NCBI GenBank assembly: GCA_963803435.1
Contig: CAWDML010000001.1
Coordinates: 1,408,001-1,472,000, forward strand
DNA: 64,000 nucleotides
Source: an uncultured delta proteobacterium
GTDB taxonomy: Bacteria > Myxococcota > Kuafuiibacteriia > Kuafuiibacteriales > Kuafuiibacteriaceae
Direction of reading: 5' to 3'
In this document: piece by piece, positions 10,052 to 19,934 of the stretch
Numbering within the stretch: the stretch's first letter is position 1
Layout of the letters: every line of letters begins with the position of its first letter
Position numbers and translations under genes: made by a program
The notes under the pieces: model-generated
What the model was told of the DNA's origin: nothing
Database searches by the model: none
Seen by the model: only the letters and a program-made list of their open reading frames with translations

Positions 10052-10678
10052 ATGAACGCCGCCGCCATCCTCATCCTGCTCCTGTCCAGCTCCGGCGACC
10101 GGATCGCGTCGGCCGACGTCGAGTGGAACCTGCCGGCCGGGCTGGCGGTGCTCTCGGTGAAGACCACCTCCCGCGTCTCGATCCCGAAGGACGCCCGCCT
10201 GGTCGCCGAGTGGCCGGCGCCGGCCCGCGCCGGCTCCCAGAGCGTCCGGCTCCGCATCGACGGCCGTGCCCCCATCTTCGCGTTCGTCAAGCTGGGCGAG
10301 CTCCACCCGGTGCTGGTGGCGACCCGCGCCCTCGAGAAGGGCCACGTGCTGAAGCCCGGCGATCTCGCCACCCTCGAGCTGCCCAAAGAGGGTCTCGACC
10401 TCCCGGCCCGCGCGCTGATCGGCCGGCGGATGCAAGCCGACCTGCACGCCGGAGATGCGCTGAAGGAGCGTGACGTCGAGCTTCCTCCTCCCCTCGCGCG
10501 CGGCACGGCGGTCACCGTGATCGCCTCGCGCGGCGCCGTCCGGGTCTCGGTGGCGGGGCAGCTCTACCAGGACTGCCGCCTGGGCGAGCGCTGCCGCGCC
10601 CTCACCTCGATCCAGCGCCAGCCGCTCTTCGGACGGCTCACGGACGACCACACCTTCCTGATCGCGGAGGCCCAATGA
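10052..10678 (+). CDS. flgA: Flagellar P-ring assembly chaperone FlgA
   Basis: Signal peptide, SAF-like VLVATRALEKGHVL...LIGRR...LARGTAVTVI; position between flgG and flgH. Confidence 0.8.
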   Translation: MNAAAILILLLSSSGDRIASADVEWNLPAGLAVLSVKTTSRVSIPKDARLVAEWPAPARAGSQSVRLRIDGRAPIFAFVKLGELHPVLVATRALEKGHVLKPGDLATLELPKEGLDLPARALIGRRMQADLHAGDALKERDVELPPPLARGTAVTVIASRGAVRVSVAGQLYQDCRLGERCRALTSIQRQPLFGRLTDDHTFLIAEAQ

Positions 10679-11340
10679 AAGCTTCAATCCTCGCCCTGGC
10701 CCTGACGGCCCTGACCGCGGGCGCTTGCGCCGGTGAGAACAAGACCGAGCGTCGCGTCCGTAACTTCGATGTGGGCAAGTACGAGCCCCGACCGACCGCC
10801 ACCAACGGGAGCATCTTCGCCGCCGCCGGCGCCGGCCTGCTCGAGGACGAGCGCCCGCAGTTCGTCGGTGACGTGATCATCGTGCGGATCGAGGAGCAGG
10901 ACTCGGCGCTCCACGACTCGTCGACCACGCTCGACCGCACGCAGAACTTCGACTTCGGCGTCTCCGGCGCCATCGACAAGGCGCTGCCCAAGGTGGGCGT
11001 CGGCGACCTCTTCGGCACCAAGACCGAGTCGTCGATGGGCGGCAAGGGGACCATCGCCCGCCGAGGATCGCTGAAGGCGATGCTCCCGGTGCGCGTCAAG
11101 CAGGTGCTCCCGAACGGCGATCTCTACGTCGAGGGCACCAAGATCGTCACGGTCGGCAACGAGGAGCGCAACCTGTACGTGAGCGGCGTGGTGCGACCCG
11201 CCGACGTCCTCGCCGACGGCTCGGTCCTCTCCTCCCGCATCGCCGACGCCGAGATCGCGTACACCGGCGAGGGCGACGCCAGCGACCAGCAGGACCAGGG
11301 CTGGTTCATGAAGCTGCTCGGCTACATCTGGCCTTTCTGA
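10675..11340 (+). CDS. flgH: Flagellar L-ring lipoprotein FlgH
   Basis: Lipobox (AGAC), VGDVIIVRIEE, VKQVLPNGDLYVEGTK, SSRIADAEIAYTGEG, GWFMK...WPF. Confidence 0.93.
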   Translation: MKASILALALTALTAGACAGENKTERRVRNFDVGKYEPRPTATNGSIFAAAGAGLLEDERPQFVGDVIIVRIEEQDSALHDSSTTLDRTQNFDFGVSGAIDKALPKVGVGDLFGTKTESSMGGKGTIARRGSLKAMLPVRVKQVLPNGDLYVEGTKIVTVGNEERNLYVSGVVRPADVLADGSVLSSRIADAEIAYTGEGDASDQQDQGWFMKLLGYIWPF

Positions 11341-11350
11341 GAGGACGACC

Positions 11351-12442
11351 ATGAAGCAGAACCTCATCATCGCCCTCCTCCTCTCGAGCACCGCACCCGC
11401 GCACGCGGCGCGCCTCAAGGAGCTCGTCGACATCCAGGGCTTTCGCGAGAACCATCTGGTCGGCATCGGCCTGGTCGTCGGGCTCAACGGCACGGGCGAT
11501 CGACCCGGCTCGTACGCGACGCAGCTGCCCCTGGCCACCATCATGCGCAACCTGGGGAGCGCTGTGGACCCGAGCCAGGTCCGCGCCCAGAACGTGGCGC
11601 TGGTGACGGTGACCGCCGAGCTGCCGGCCTTCGCCCGGCCGGGCGTCCACTTCGACGTCACGGTCTCCTCGATGGGCACCGCCAAGAGCCTCGGGGGCGG
11701 GACGCTGATCGCCACGGCCCTCAAGGGCCTCGACCGTCGTACCTACGGGATCGCGCAAGGTGGGTTGACGGTGGGCGGCTACCAGGTCTCCTCCGCCTTC
11801 TCGGGCTCGTTCAAGAGCAAGAACACGGTGGCGGTGGGACGGATCCCCAACGGCGCCATCGTGGAGCGCGAGGTCCCGCAGACGCTCCCCTCCGATCGGC
11901 TCACGCTCCTCCTGAAGGAGCCCGACTTCACCACCGCCAGCCGGATCGCGGCGGCCATCGATCAGTCCCTGGGCGAGGCGCTGGCGAGCATCAAGGACGC
12001 CGGGATGATCGAGGTCTCGGTCTCCGAGAAGTGGAAGGACAAGGTGGTCGGGCTGATCGCGGCGGTCGAGGCCGTCGAGGCCGAGCCGGACGCGCCGGCC
12101 CGCGTGATCATCGACGAGCGCACCGGCACCGTGGTGGTGGGCGAGAACGTCTCCCTGCGGCCGGCCGCGATCAGCTACGGCGGGCTCACCGTCGAGGTGA
12201 CCGAGCGCTTCGGCGTCTCCCAGCCGAACGCCTTCTCCGAGGGCGAGACGGTGGTCCTGCCCAGCTCCGACATCAAGGTCGACGAGCACCAGGGCGAGCT
12301 CAAACCGATGCCGAGCGCCGCGACGCTCGGTGAGGTGGTGGCAGCGCTCAACGCGCTCAAGGTCAGCCCGCGCGACCTGGTCACCATCCTTCAGGCCCTC
12401 AAGGCCGCCGGCGCGCTCCGCGCGGAGATCGACCCGCTGTGA
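11351..12442 (+). CDS. flgI: Flagellar P-ring protein FlgI
   Basis: RLKELVDIQGFRENHLVGIGLVVGLNGTGD, NVALVTVTAELPAF, PDFTTA, ARVIIDERTGTVV, ILQALKAAGALRA. Confidence 0.97.
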   Translation: MKQNLIIALLLSSTAPAHAARLKELVDIQGFRENHLVGIGLVVGLNGTGDRPGSYATQLPLATIMRNLGSAVDPSQVRAQNVALVTVTAELPAFARPGVHFDVTVSSMGTAKSLGGGTLIATALKGLDRRTYGIAQGGLTVGGYQVSSAFSGSFKSKNTVAVGRIPNGAIVEREVPQTLPSDRLTLLLKEPDFTTASRIAAAIDQSLGEALASIKDAGMIEVSVSEKWKDKVVGLIAAVEAVEAEPDAPARVIIDERTGTVVVGENVSLRPAAISYGGLTVEVTERFGVSQPNAFSEGETVVLPSSDIKVDEHQGELKPMPSAATLGEVVAALNALKVSPRDLVTILQALKAAGALRAEIDPL

Positions 12443-13068
12443 AGACCGATCCCGCCAAAGCGTTCGAGGCGTACTTCTACCGCCAGATCCTCAAGGAGAC
12501 GAAGATCGGAGAGATCGCGTTCGGCGGCGGCGGCGTCGCCGGCTCCACCTTCTCCGACATGTTCACCGAGGCGCTCGCGGATCAGATGGCCTCCGCGGGC
12601 GAGCTCAGCATGAGCGCTGCGCTCGGTGGGTCGCTGTCGCCCTCCGCATCGCCCGGCGCGGGCGCTCCGCTCTCGGTTCAACCGGTGGCCGGTCGCATCT
12701 CGTCGTCGTTCGGGCTCCGCGAGGATCCGATCGACGGCCTGCACCGACATCACGACGGGCTCGACATCGCTGCGCCCGCGGGCACACCGGTGCGCGCCGC
12801 CGGCGGGGGGGTGGTGGTCCGCGCCACCGACGATGCCGGCGGCTATGGACGCATGGTCGTCGTCGACCACGGCGACGGCCTCACCACCCGCTACGCGCAC
12901 CTCTCGGACATGACCGTCCGGGAGGGCGACCGCCTGGAGCCGGGCGCGGTCCTGGGCCGGGTCGGCTCGACGGGCCGGAGCACCGGCCCCCACCTCCACT
13001 TCGAGGTTCGGCGCGGGGATCACCCGGTGGATCCCGAAAAAGCGCTGCCGCCCCTTAAAAGGCGCTGA
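12439..13068 (+). CDS. flgJ: FlgJ-like rod-binding domain fused to M23 metallopeptidase
   Basis: AKAFEAYFYRQILKE...FSDMFTEALADQMA rod-binding pattern; M23 motifs HDGLD, YAHL, GRSTGPHLHFEVR. Confidence 0.8.
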   Translation: MKTDPAKAFEAYFYRQILKETKIGEIAFGGGGVAGSTFSDMFTEALADQMASAGELSMSAALGGSLSPSASPGAGAPLSVQPVAGRISSSFGLREDPIDGLHRHHDGLDIAAPAGTPVRAAGGGVVVRATDDAGGYGRMVVVDHGDGLTTRYAHLSDMTVREGDRLEPGAVLGRVGSTGRSTGPHLHFEVRRGDHPVDPEKALPPLKRR

Positions 13069-13082
13069 TCCGCGGTCGAGTT
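13056..13082 (+). promoter_or_regulatory. Sigma28-type promoter for flgM-flgN-flgK-flgL
   Basis: TAAA-N15-GTCGAGTT upstream of flgM; same CCCCTTAAAA context as the fliC promoter. Confidence 0.5.
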
Positions 13083-13102
13083 GAAGGGTGGAGGTCGATG
13101 GA

Positions 13103-13411
13103 ATGCGTATCAATGGTCGCGACCCGTGCCAGCGCGTGGGAGGCACAGGGCAAAAACCCGATCCCAAGAACGCCAGCGACCTCCAGCGGCCGCGCGGCGC
13201 CGAGGGCAACGATCGCCACTCGGTCGTGCTCGGTGATCGGGCGTCCAAGATGACCGACAAGCTCTCCGCCGACGACGCCGCCCGCGAGGGGAAGCTCAGC
13301 GAGATCAAGCGCCAGCTCGACGACGGCACCTACACGGTCGATCTCGACGTGCTCGCCGAGCGCCTCGTCGACGAGGAGCTCGCGCGGGCCGCGCCCGGAG
13401 GAAGCAAATGA
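13103..13411 (+). CDS. flgM: Anti-sigma28 factor FlgM
   Basis: MRING..., REGKLSEIKRQLDDGTYTVDLDVLAERL FlgM C-terminal motif; GGAGG RBS. Confidence 0.88.
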   Translation: MRINGRDPCQRVGGTGQKPDPKNASDLQRPRGAEGNDRHSVVLGDRASKMTDKLSADDAAREGKLSEIKRQLDDGTYTVDLDVLAERLVDEELARAAPGGSK

Positions 13412-13743
13412 GCTCGGCCGATCTCGCGGCGCGCCTCGACGACACGCTCAAGAGAGAGCGAAGCGCCATCGTTGCACTCGACACCGCCGCCCTCGCCGCC
13501 TTCGAGCAGGAGAAGCTCACCCTCCTCGACGAGCTCAAACGTTCGCTCGACGGCCCCTCCACCGCGAGCGACGCGCGCCGATTGCTCGCGCCGATCTTCG
13601 TCGAGGCCGAGATCAACGCGCTTCTCCTGAAGGAGGCCGTCGGCACGCTCTCCTCGCTGCTCGGGATCACCGAGACCGGCGTCTACGATTGAGCGGCCCG
13701 CACCGGCAAGAGCACCAGCCCCTCCCGAAGGAGGGTCGCCTGA
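13408..13743 (+). CDS. flgN: FlgN-like export chaperone (in-frame TGA at 13690 probably a miscalled CGA)
   Basis: Helical LKRERSAIVALD...EQEKL...INALLL, GVYD; frame continues past TGA 13690-13692 to TGA 13741-13743, just before the flgK RBS. Confidence 0.7.
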
Positions 13744-13753
13744 GGAGATCACG

Positions 13754-15083
13754 ATGGGCGGCATGTACTCACTCCTCGGCCTCGGTGCCCGCAGCTTCCT
13801 CTCCTTCCAGAGCGGGATGGCATCGGCCGGTCAGAACGTCGCCAACTCCAGCACTCCGGGCTACCGCCGGACCACCGTCGATCTCGCCTCCGAGCTCCTG
13901 GGCGGCGGTGTCCGCTCGAACGGGATGCAGCGCGTCGACGATCCGCTCCTCTCCCGGCGCGAGCGCCAGGCCACCTCGGACCTCGGTCATGCCAGCGATC
14001 TCGCCGCCGCCGTCTCCGCCCTCGAGGGCGCGGTCAGCCCCGACTCGGGCAGCATCGTCGACGCGATCACGAACTTCTTCGGAGCGGTCGCGCAGGCCAG
14101 CTCCTCGCCGACCGATTCTGAACCGCCGCACCGCCATGGTGCAGAAGGGCCAGGATCTCGAGCAGGCGTTTCACGACCTCCACGACTCCGTGCACCAGGC
14201 GATCGACGAGTCCGAGGCGCGCATCAAGGCGTACGCCGAGAACGCCAGCCAGCTGGCGCACGACCTCGCCGCCCTCAACGCCGAGGTCTCCGTCAGCAAC
14301 GACCCGACGCTGCAGGATCGCCGGGACAAGGTCGCGGGCGAGCTCGCCCAGCTCACCGGCGGCCGCGTGCTGGAGAGCGACCACGGCTACCGCTTCATGC
14401 TCGACGACGGGTCCGTGCTCGTCGACGGCAACCGGGCCGCCAAGGTCGAGGCCGTCCCGGACGCCGCGCTCGGGGGCCACAGCCGCATCGAGGTGGTCGA
14501 TGGCGGCTCCCGCCGCAACGTCACCGGGAGCGTCGGCGGCAAGCTCGCCGGGCAGCTCGACCTTCGCGATCGGATCGCGCCGGGTCTCGGCGACCAGATC
14601 GATCAGCTCGCCTTCGACCTCGCCAGCGACGTCAACGCCGTCCACTCGGCCAACGCCGGCCTCGACGGTGTCACCGGCCGGAGCTTCTTCACGCAGCCGG
14701 GGTCGGTCGCAGGCGCCGCGCAGGCCTTCACCGTCGACCCCACCATCGCCGCCGATCCGCGGCTGGTGGCGGCGGCCGATCCGAACCTCGGGAGCGGCGA
14801 CAACAGCGGCCTCGCCGGGATCGCTTCGCTCGCGGACCGCTTCTCCGACGCCGCCATCGGCGTCCTCTCGAACCTCGGACAGGAGGTCGCGGGCGCCCAG
14901 CGGAACGAGAGCATGGCGCAGGCCAAGTCCGACACGCTGTCGTCGCTCCGCGACTCGCTCTCCGGCGTCTCGATCGAAGAAGAGATGTCGCGCCTATCCG
15001 AATTCCAGCGGGCCGCTGAGGCCTCCCTCCAGTTCGTGCAGACGATCGACGGCATGCTCGAAGAAATGATCCACAACCTATGA
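13754..15083 (+). CDS. flgK: Hook-associated protein FlgK (apparent 1-nt insertion at 14114-14118)
   Basis: GQNVANSSTPGYRR, LQDRRD, GGKLAG.LDLRD, SGVSIEEEMSRL..FQRA; GATTC to GATC joins the two frames (PTDLNRRTAM). Confidence 0.9.
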
Positions 15084-15931
15084 GAGTCACCGAGAACCGC
15101 CTGATGGAGATCACGCGGCGCGCCAACGCCGACGCGCGCAGCGAGACCGCGCAGGCCAGCGAGGAGCTGACCAGCGGCGTGCGCGTGAAGAAGGCCTCCG
15201 ACGATCCACTAGCCTGGGCCGACGGCGCCAAGGCGGCCGCCAAGACCGCGCTGGTGGAGGCTCGCGGCGACGGCATCGAGCGCGCGCTCGATCGTCTCAA
15301 CCTCACCGACTCGGCCCTCTCCGACATCTCCGAGCAGATGCAGAGCGCCTACGAGCTCGCCGTCCAGATGGGCAACGGGACGATCAACGCGGAGGATCGC
15401 AGCACGGCCGCCCAGCGGGTGCAGGAGATCATCGAACAGGTGATCAGCTCGGCCAACAGCAAGGGCGTCGACGGAGACTATCTGTTCGCCGGCTCGAGGA
15501 CCGACGCGCCCGCGTTCGACTCCGGCGGCCTCTACGCCGGCGACGGCACCCCGCTCCAGGTCGCCACCGGAGCCAACGCCAGCGCCACCGCCGGTGTGGT
15601 CGGCTCCGACTTCGATCCGATCGCGGTGCTCCGGAACCTCCAGGACGCGCTCTCCAACAACTCGATCTCGGACGTCTCGACGAGCGTGGGCGAGATCCGC
15701 GGCGCCCTTGACCGCCTGGGGCAGACGCGCGCTGCGGTGGGCTTCCGCATGCAGCAGTTCGAGCAGGGAAGAGACGCGGCCGGAGAGCTCCAGCAGCGGC
15801 TCGGCGAGCTTCGCTCCAACGCCATCGGCTCCGATCCCTTCGACGCGGCCTCCCGGCTCGCTCAGGCCAGCTCGAAGCTAGACACCTCGCGCATTCTCGC
15901 TCAGCAGCTCGCCTCGATGCTGCAGCGCTGA
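15080..15931 (+). CDS. flgL: Hook-associated protein FlgL
   Basis: MRVTE...LTSGVRVKKASDDP, ANSK...YLFAGSRTDAPAF; follows flgK. Confidence 0.88.
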   Translation: MRVTENRLMEITRRANADARSETAQASEELTSGVRVKKASDDPLAWADGAKAAAKTALVEARGDGIERALDRLNLTDSALSDISEQMQSAYELAVQMGNGTINAEDRSTAAQRVQEIIEQVISSANSKGVDGDYLFAGSRTDAPAFDSGGLYAGDGTPLQVATGANASATAGVVGSDFDPIAVLRNLQDALSNNSISDVSTSVGEIRGALDRLGQTRAAVGFRMQQFEQGRDAAGELQQRLGELRSNAIGSDPFDAASRLAQASSKLDTSRILAQQLASMLQR

Positions 15932-15953
15932 AGAACTTTTTCTCGGCCCCCCT

Positions 15954-15980
15954 TAAAACGGGCCGACCCAAATCCGATTC
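15954..15980 (+). promoter_or_regulatory. Sigma28 promoter of flagellin
   Basis: TAAA (15954)-N15-TCCGATTC (15973), matching TAAA-N15-GCCGATAA spacing, upstream of fliC. Confidence 0.75.
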
Positions 15981-16036
15981 AATCATCGAACCGAGGGACG
16001 CAAGACAAGCCCTCGAACACTGAGGAGAACAAAGGT

Positions 16037-16873
16037 ATGGCACTCGTAGTCAACACGAACACCGCGTCCCTCGGCGCGCAGCGGAATCTGCAGCGCACCG
16101 GTCACGCCCTCGACAAGAACATCCGGCGGCTCTCGTCGGGCCTGCGCATCGCGAACGCGTCCGACGACGCGGCCGGCCTCGGCATCAGCGAGCGCCTCAA
16201 GGCTCAGATCCGCGGCCTGTCGCAGGCCTCTCGCAATGCGAGCGACGGTATCTCGATGGCGCAGATCGCAGAAGGCGCGATGAACGAGCAGGCGGACATC
16301 CTGACCCGGCTCCGCGAGCTGTCGGTCCAGTCCGCGAACGGAACCCTGGGCGACAACGAGCGCGGGTTCATCAACACGGAGGCGACGCAGCTGATCCAGG
16401 AGCTCGACCGAATCACCAGCGTGACGGAGTACAACGGCGTCAACATGCTGGCGTCCGGCAGCTCGGTGGACGTGCAGGTCGGCATCAACAGCGGTGAGAC
16501 GATCAACATCGCGTTCGGGCAGACGGACAGCGCCACCCTCGGCACCAGCGCCGGCGGCGCGGCGCTCAGCACCATCGACCTGAGCTCGCAGGGCGGCGCG
16601 GACACGGCCCTCGACATCATCGACCAGTCGATCGACGACCTCTCGAGCGCTCGCGCCTCGGTCGGCGCCTCGCAGAACCGGCTCGAGACCACCCTGAACG
16701 TGCTGTCCTCGGCCCACGAGAACCTCTCGGCCGCGAACTCGCGCATCCGTGACGTCGACGTCGCGGAAGAGACCGCGTCCCTGACCAGGAACCAGATCCT
16801 GAGCCAGGCCGGTGTCGCGGTGCTCGCGCAGGCGAACCAGCTCCCGTCGGCGGCGCTCTCGCTGCTGCAGTAG
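16037..16873 (+). CDS. fliC: Flagellin (278 aa, essentially D0/D1 only)
   Basis: VNTNTASLGAQRNL, RLSSGLRIANASDDAAGL, RLRELSVQSANGT, GASQNRLE, NSRIRDVDVAEE, LAQANQLP..ALSLL. Confidence 0.98.
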   Translation: MALVVNTNTASLGAQRNLQRTGHALDKNIRRLSSGLRIANASDDAAGLGISERLKAQIRGLSQASRNASDGISMAQIAEGAMNEQADILTRLRELSVQSANGTLGDNERGFINTEATQLIQELDRITSVTEYNGVNMLASGSSVDVQVGINSGETINIAFGQTDSATLGTSAGGAALSTIDLSSQGGADTALDIIDQSIDDLSSARASVGASQNRLETTLNVLSSAHENLSAANSRIRDVDVAEETASLTRNQILSQAGVAVLAQANQLPSAALSLLQ

Positions 16874-16887
16874 TAGGGATTCGGGGA

Positions 16888-16919
16888 GGAGACCGCCGAA
16901 CGTGAGTCCGGCGGTCTCC
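16888..16919 (+). terminator. Stem-loop between fliC and fliD (partial terminator or mRNA stabiliser)
   Basis: Perfect 11-bp stem GGAGACCGCCG/CGGCGGTCTCC with 10-nt loop; no U-tract. Confidence 0.55.
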
Positions 16920-16938
16920 GCTCATCATAGGAGGACAC

Positions 16939-18276
16939 GTGGTCAGCTTCAGCGGCGTCGGGTCGGGTCTCGACCTCTCATCGGTAGTCGACAGCCTGGT
17001 GGCCGCCGAGCGCACTCCAATCGCGGGTCTCACCACACGTAAGAACGCTACCAACACGCAGGTCTCGACGCTCGGCGACCTCATCACCAAGATGACGGCG
17101 CTCGCCTCCAAGGCGAAGGAGCTGGACTCCTCGAGCGAGCTGACCACCCTCAAGGTCGCCAGCGCCAAGGAGTCGCGCGTCACCGCCACGGTGACCGGCG
17201 ACGCCGCACCCGCCAATTACTCCATCCGCGTGAACGCCCTCGCGACCACGCAATCCAACAAGTCGAACCTGTTCACCACCAAGGACCCGGTCGGGATCGG
17301 GAACCTCGGCATCACGGTGGGGACGGACACGACCATCAACGTCGCGATCGACGACACCATGTCGCTCGACGACATCGCCATCGCGATCAACGCCTCGGAG
17401 GCCCGCGTCACCGCCAGCGTCGTCGACGACGGGACCGGCTACCGCCTGCTGGTCACCGGGAAGGACCCAGGCGCCAAGAACGCGATCACCTTCAACGAGG
17501 AGGTCGGCGTCTCGCTCGGCCTCGGCAGCGGCGTCGTCCGGAGCGCCTCCGACGCGGAGGTCGAGATCGACGGCCTCACCATCAAGAGGGACTCCAACCA
17601 CATCAGCGACCTGTTCCCCGGCCTCACGCTCGATCTCCACTCGCTCTCGACCGCGGGCGAAGAGGACGCGATCATCTCCGTCGAGCGCGATCAGAACGGG
17701 CTGCGCGAGAAGGTTCAGAGCTTCGTCGACGCCTACAACGACGTCGCCAAGGTCCTCTACAGTCAGCTCCACAAGGACCCCAGCTCGACCGACCAGGTCT
17801 CCAAGAGTCAGCTCCTGGGTGACTCGGCGCTCCGCGGGCTCCAGCGCCAGCTCGGCAACCTCACCAGCGGCGCCTACGCCCACGACGGCAGCAACATCTC
17901 GTTCGGCTCGCTCGGGATCAGTCTGTCCGCGGACGGGTCGCTCTCGATCGACGCCGCCAAGTTCGACCAGGTCACCGGCGCCGATCCGACCGCGCTCTCC
18001 GACCTGTTCGCGGGCGGTGCCGACAGCCTCACCTCCCGGATCGCGGGCATCGTGAGCGACTACACCAAGTCGGGCACCGGCATCCTGGTCTCCAAGCGTG
18101 ACGGCCTCTCCTCGCGCATCGACGACTTCGACGATCAGATCGCGAAGATCGAGGACCGCGCCACCAAGCTGGGCGATCGCATGCGCAGCACCTTTACCGC
18201 GCTCGACCAGACGGTGAGCGCTCTTCAAACGCAGCAGAGCCAGCTGATGGCGACGCTCTTCGGGCAGGCATCATGA
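16939..18276 (+). CDS. fliD: Flagellar filament cap protein FliD
   Basis: SFSGVGSGLDLSSVVDSLVAAER, GYRLLVTG, RDSNHISDLFPGLTLDL, FVDAYND, FTALD. Confidence 0.93.
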   Translation: MVSFSGVGSGLDLSSVVDSLVAAERTPIAGLTTRKNATNTQVSTLGDLITKMTALASKAKELDSSSELTTLKVASAKESRVTATVTGDAAPANYSIRVNALATTQSNKSNLFTTKDPVGIGNLGITVGTDTTINVAIDDTMSLDDIAIAINASEARVTASVVDDGTGYRLLVTGKDPGAKNAITFNEEVGVSLGLGSGVVRSASDAEVEIDGLTIKRDSNHISDLFPGLTLDLHSLSTAGEEDAIISVERDQNGLREKVQSFVDAYNDVAKVLYSQLHKDPSSTDQVSKSQLLGDSALRGLQRQLGNLTSGAYAHDGSNISFGSLGISLSADGSLSIDAAKFDQVTGADPTALSDLFAGGADSLTSRIAGIVSDYTKSGTGILVSKRDGLSSRIDDFDDQIAKIEDRATKLGDRMRSTFTALDQTVSALQTQQSQLMATLFGQAS

Positions 18277-18671
18277 ATCTCACCAAGGCTGCCGCCGCCT
18301 ACCGGCGCACGCACGTCGCGAGCTCACCCGGGCGCATCCTCGAGGCGCTCCTCCGCCGGCTCAGGAGGGACCTCGAGGACGCCAAGGGTGCGATCGAGGT
18401 GAAGGACTTCGCCGGCAAGGGAAAGGCGATCAGCCACGCCCTGGCGATCCTCGGCGAGCTCGACGCCGCCCTCGATCACGCGTCGGCGCCCGAGCTCTGC
18501 GGGAGCCTGGCGTCGCTCTACGGCTTCGTCGAGCAGCGCCTGGTCGCCGCGAGCGCGCGTATGGATCCGGGCCTGATCGACGAGGCCGGGCGCGTCCTCT
18601 CGACCCTCGAAGAGGCGTTCTGCGCTGCGCTGTCGGGCGCGAGCGGCGAGAGCGGGGAGGCCTCCACGTGA
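18273..18671 (+). CDS. fliS: Flagellin chaperone FliS
   Basis: AAAYRRTHV..SPGRIL, AILGELDAALD, LASLYGFVEQRL; follows fliD. Confidence 0.88.
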   Translation: MNLTKAAAAYRRTHVASSPGRILEALLRRLRRDLEDAKGAIEVKDFAGKGKAISHALAILGELDAALDHASAPELCGSLASLYGFVEQRLVAASARMDPGLIDEAGRVLSTLEEAFCAALSGASGESGEAST

Positions 18672-19006
18672 AGGACCGACGACGTGCACTCCTGAACCAG
18701 CTCCTCGAGGAGACCGGCTTTCCTCCGCCCGACGACGCACCCGCGGAAGAGATGCTCGAGAAGGCCCGCGCCATGGTCGAGCGCCGCGCGGTGATCGTCG
18801 AGGCCCTCAACGCCCTGGGCCCCGTCGAGGACCGTTCCGAAATCGAACGCGAGTGGGTCGCCCTGCGCGAGCGCGAGGATCTGTGGGCGAAACACATCCT
18901 CCGGGCGCGCGACGAGATCTCCCGCCGCCTCGACGCCATTCGCAGCCTTCCGCATCCGCACCGCTCGCCCGTCCGTAAGAGCATCGGCACCCGTCGCCGC
19001 GCCTGA
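18668..19006 (+). CDS. Hypothetical helical protein, FliT-like by position
   Basis: 112-aa charged helical ORF overlapping the fliS stop (GTGA); assignment is positional only. Confidence 0.45.
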   Translation: MKDRRRALLNQLLEETGFPPPDDAPAEEMLEKARAMVERRAVIVEALNALGPVEDRSEIEREWVALREREDLWAKHILRARDEISRRLDAIRSLPHPHRSPVRKSIGTRRRA

Positions 19007-19014
19007 AGGATGGG

Positions 19015-19098
19015 TTGACGCGCGACCGTCAGCCAGCCCGACACTCGAGCCTCTCCTGAATCGATGAACCTTCGCGATCGCTTGGTCCCTCGCTTGCA
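19015..19098 (+). promoter_or_regulatory. Second sigma54 promoter with TGACG-N6-CGTCA enhancer, before flhG2-fliA2
   Basis: TGGTCCCTCGCTTGCA at 19083-19098; TTGACGCGCGACCGTCAG at 19015, the same 68-bp offset as at 2068/2136. Confidence 0.72.
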
Positions 19099-19115
19099 AT
19101 CTCGAGCGAGCGTCC

Positions 19116-19934
19116 ATGATGAGCGCAAAGGTCATCCCACTTCGGCCCCGGCGGCGCTTCCTCGCCGTCTCGGGAGGAAAGGGCGGCGTCGGTAAGAGCA
19201 CACTCGCCGTCAATCTCGCCCTCTCCTACGCCAGGCTCGGTCATCGCACCCTCGCCGTCGACGGCGACTTTGGGATGGCCGACCTCAACCTCCTTCTGGG
19301 GCTGGCGCCGGGAAAGAGCCTGCTCAACGTCGTCGAGGGCTCGTCCCTGGCCGACGTCCTGATCGAGCGGCACGGGATCCACGTCCTCCCCGGCGCGAAC
19401 GGCTGCTTCCGGCTCGCCAACCCGGACCGCTTCACCCGGCACCGGATCGCCGAGGTCCTCGCCGCCCTCCGGTCGCAGTTCGAGACCCTGGTCCTCGACA
19501 CGCCCGCCGGCATCGAGACGAACGCGATGGCCGTGACGGCGATGGCGGAGGACGTGCTGATCGTCGCCACGCCCGAGCCGCTGTCCCTCGCCGACGCCTA
19601 CTCCGCCATCAAGGTTCTCTCGCAGCAGCACGGCGTCGAACGCGTCTACCTGGTCCCCAATCAGGTGCGCTACGCCGAGCAGGGCGACGAGCTCGCCCAG
19701 CAGCTCTCTTCGCTCGTCACGCACTTCCTCGGCGTCGAGATCGTGGTCCTGCCCTCGATCCCGTACGACGCCCGGATGAGTCAGGCCGCGGTCGCCGGCG
19801 TCCCGCTGGTGCTCTCGCGACCCGATGCTCCGGTCAGCCGCGCCATCGCCCGGGTCGCCCGAGCGCTCGACGCCTGCGCCGTCCGCGCACCGACCCACGT
19901 CAACTCGAATTGCACCACGGAGGCCCTCCAATGA
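19116..19934 (+). CDS. flhG: MinD-like ATPase FlhG/FleN, copy 2
   Basis: GGKGGVGKS, DGDFGMADLNLLLGLAP, ATPEPLSLADAY; colinear paralog of 7001-7822. Confidence 0.87.
   Translation: MMSAKVIPLRPRRRFLAVSGGKGGVGKSTLAVNLALSYARLGHRTLAVDGDFGMADLNLLLGLAPGKSLLNVVEGSSLADVLIERHGIHVLPGANGCFRLANPDRFTRHRIAEVLAALRSQFETLVLDTPAGIETNAMAVTAMAEDVLIVATPEPLSLADAYSAIKVLSQQHGVERVYLVPNQVRYAEQGDELAQQLSSLVTHFLGVEIVVLPSIPYDARMSQAAVAGVPLVLSRPDAPVSRAIARVARALDACAVRAPTHVNSNCTTEALQ

Noticed and set aside
7819-15083. Flagellar decay or programmed frameshifting in fliA, flgN and flgK
   Set aside because: The same GATC-linked lesion hits unrelated genes across the window and there are no slippery sequences; best explained as a sequencing artefact.
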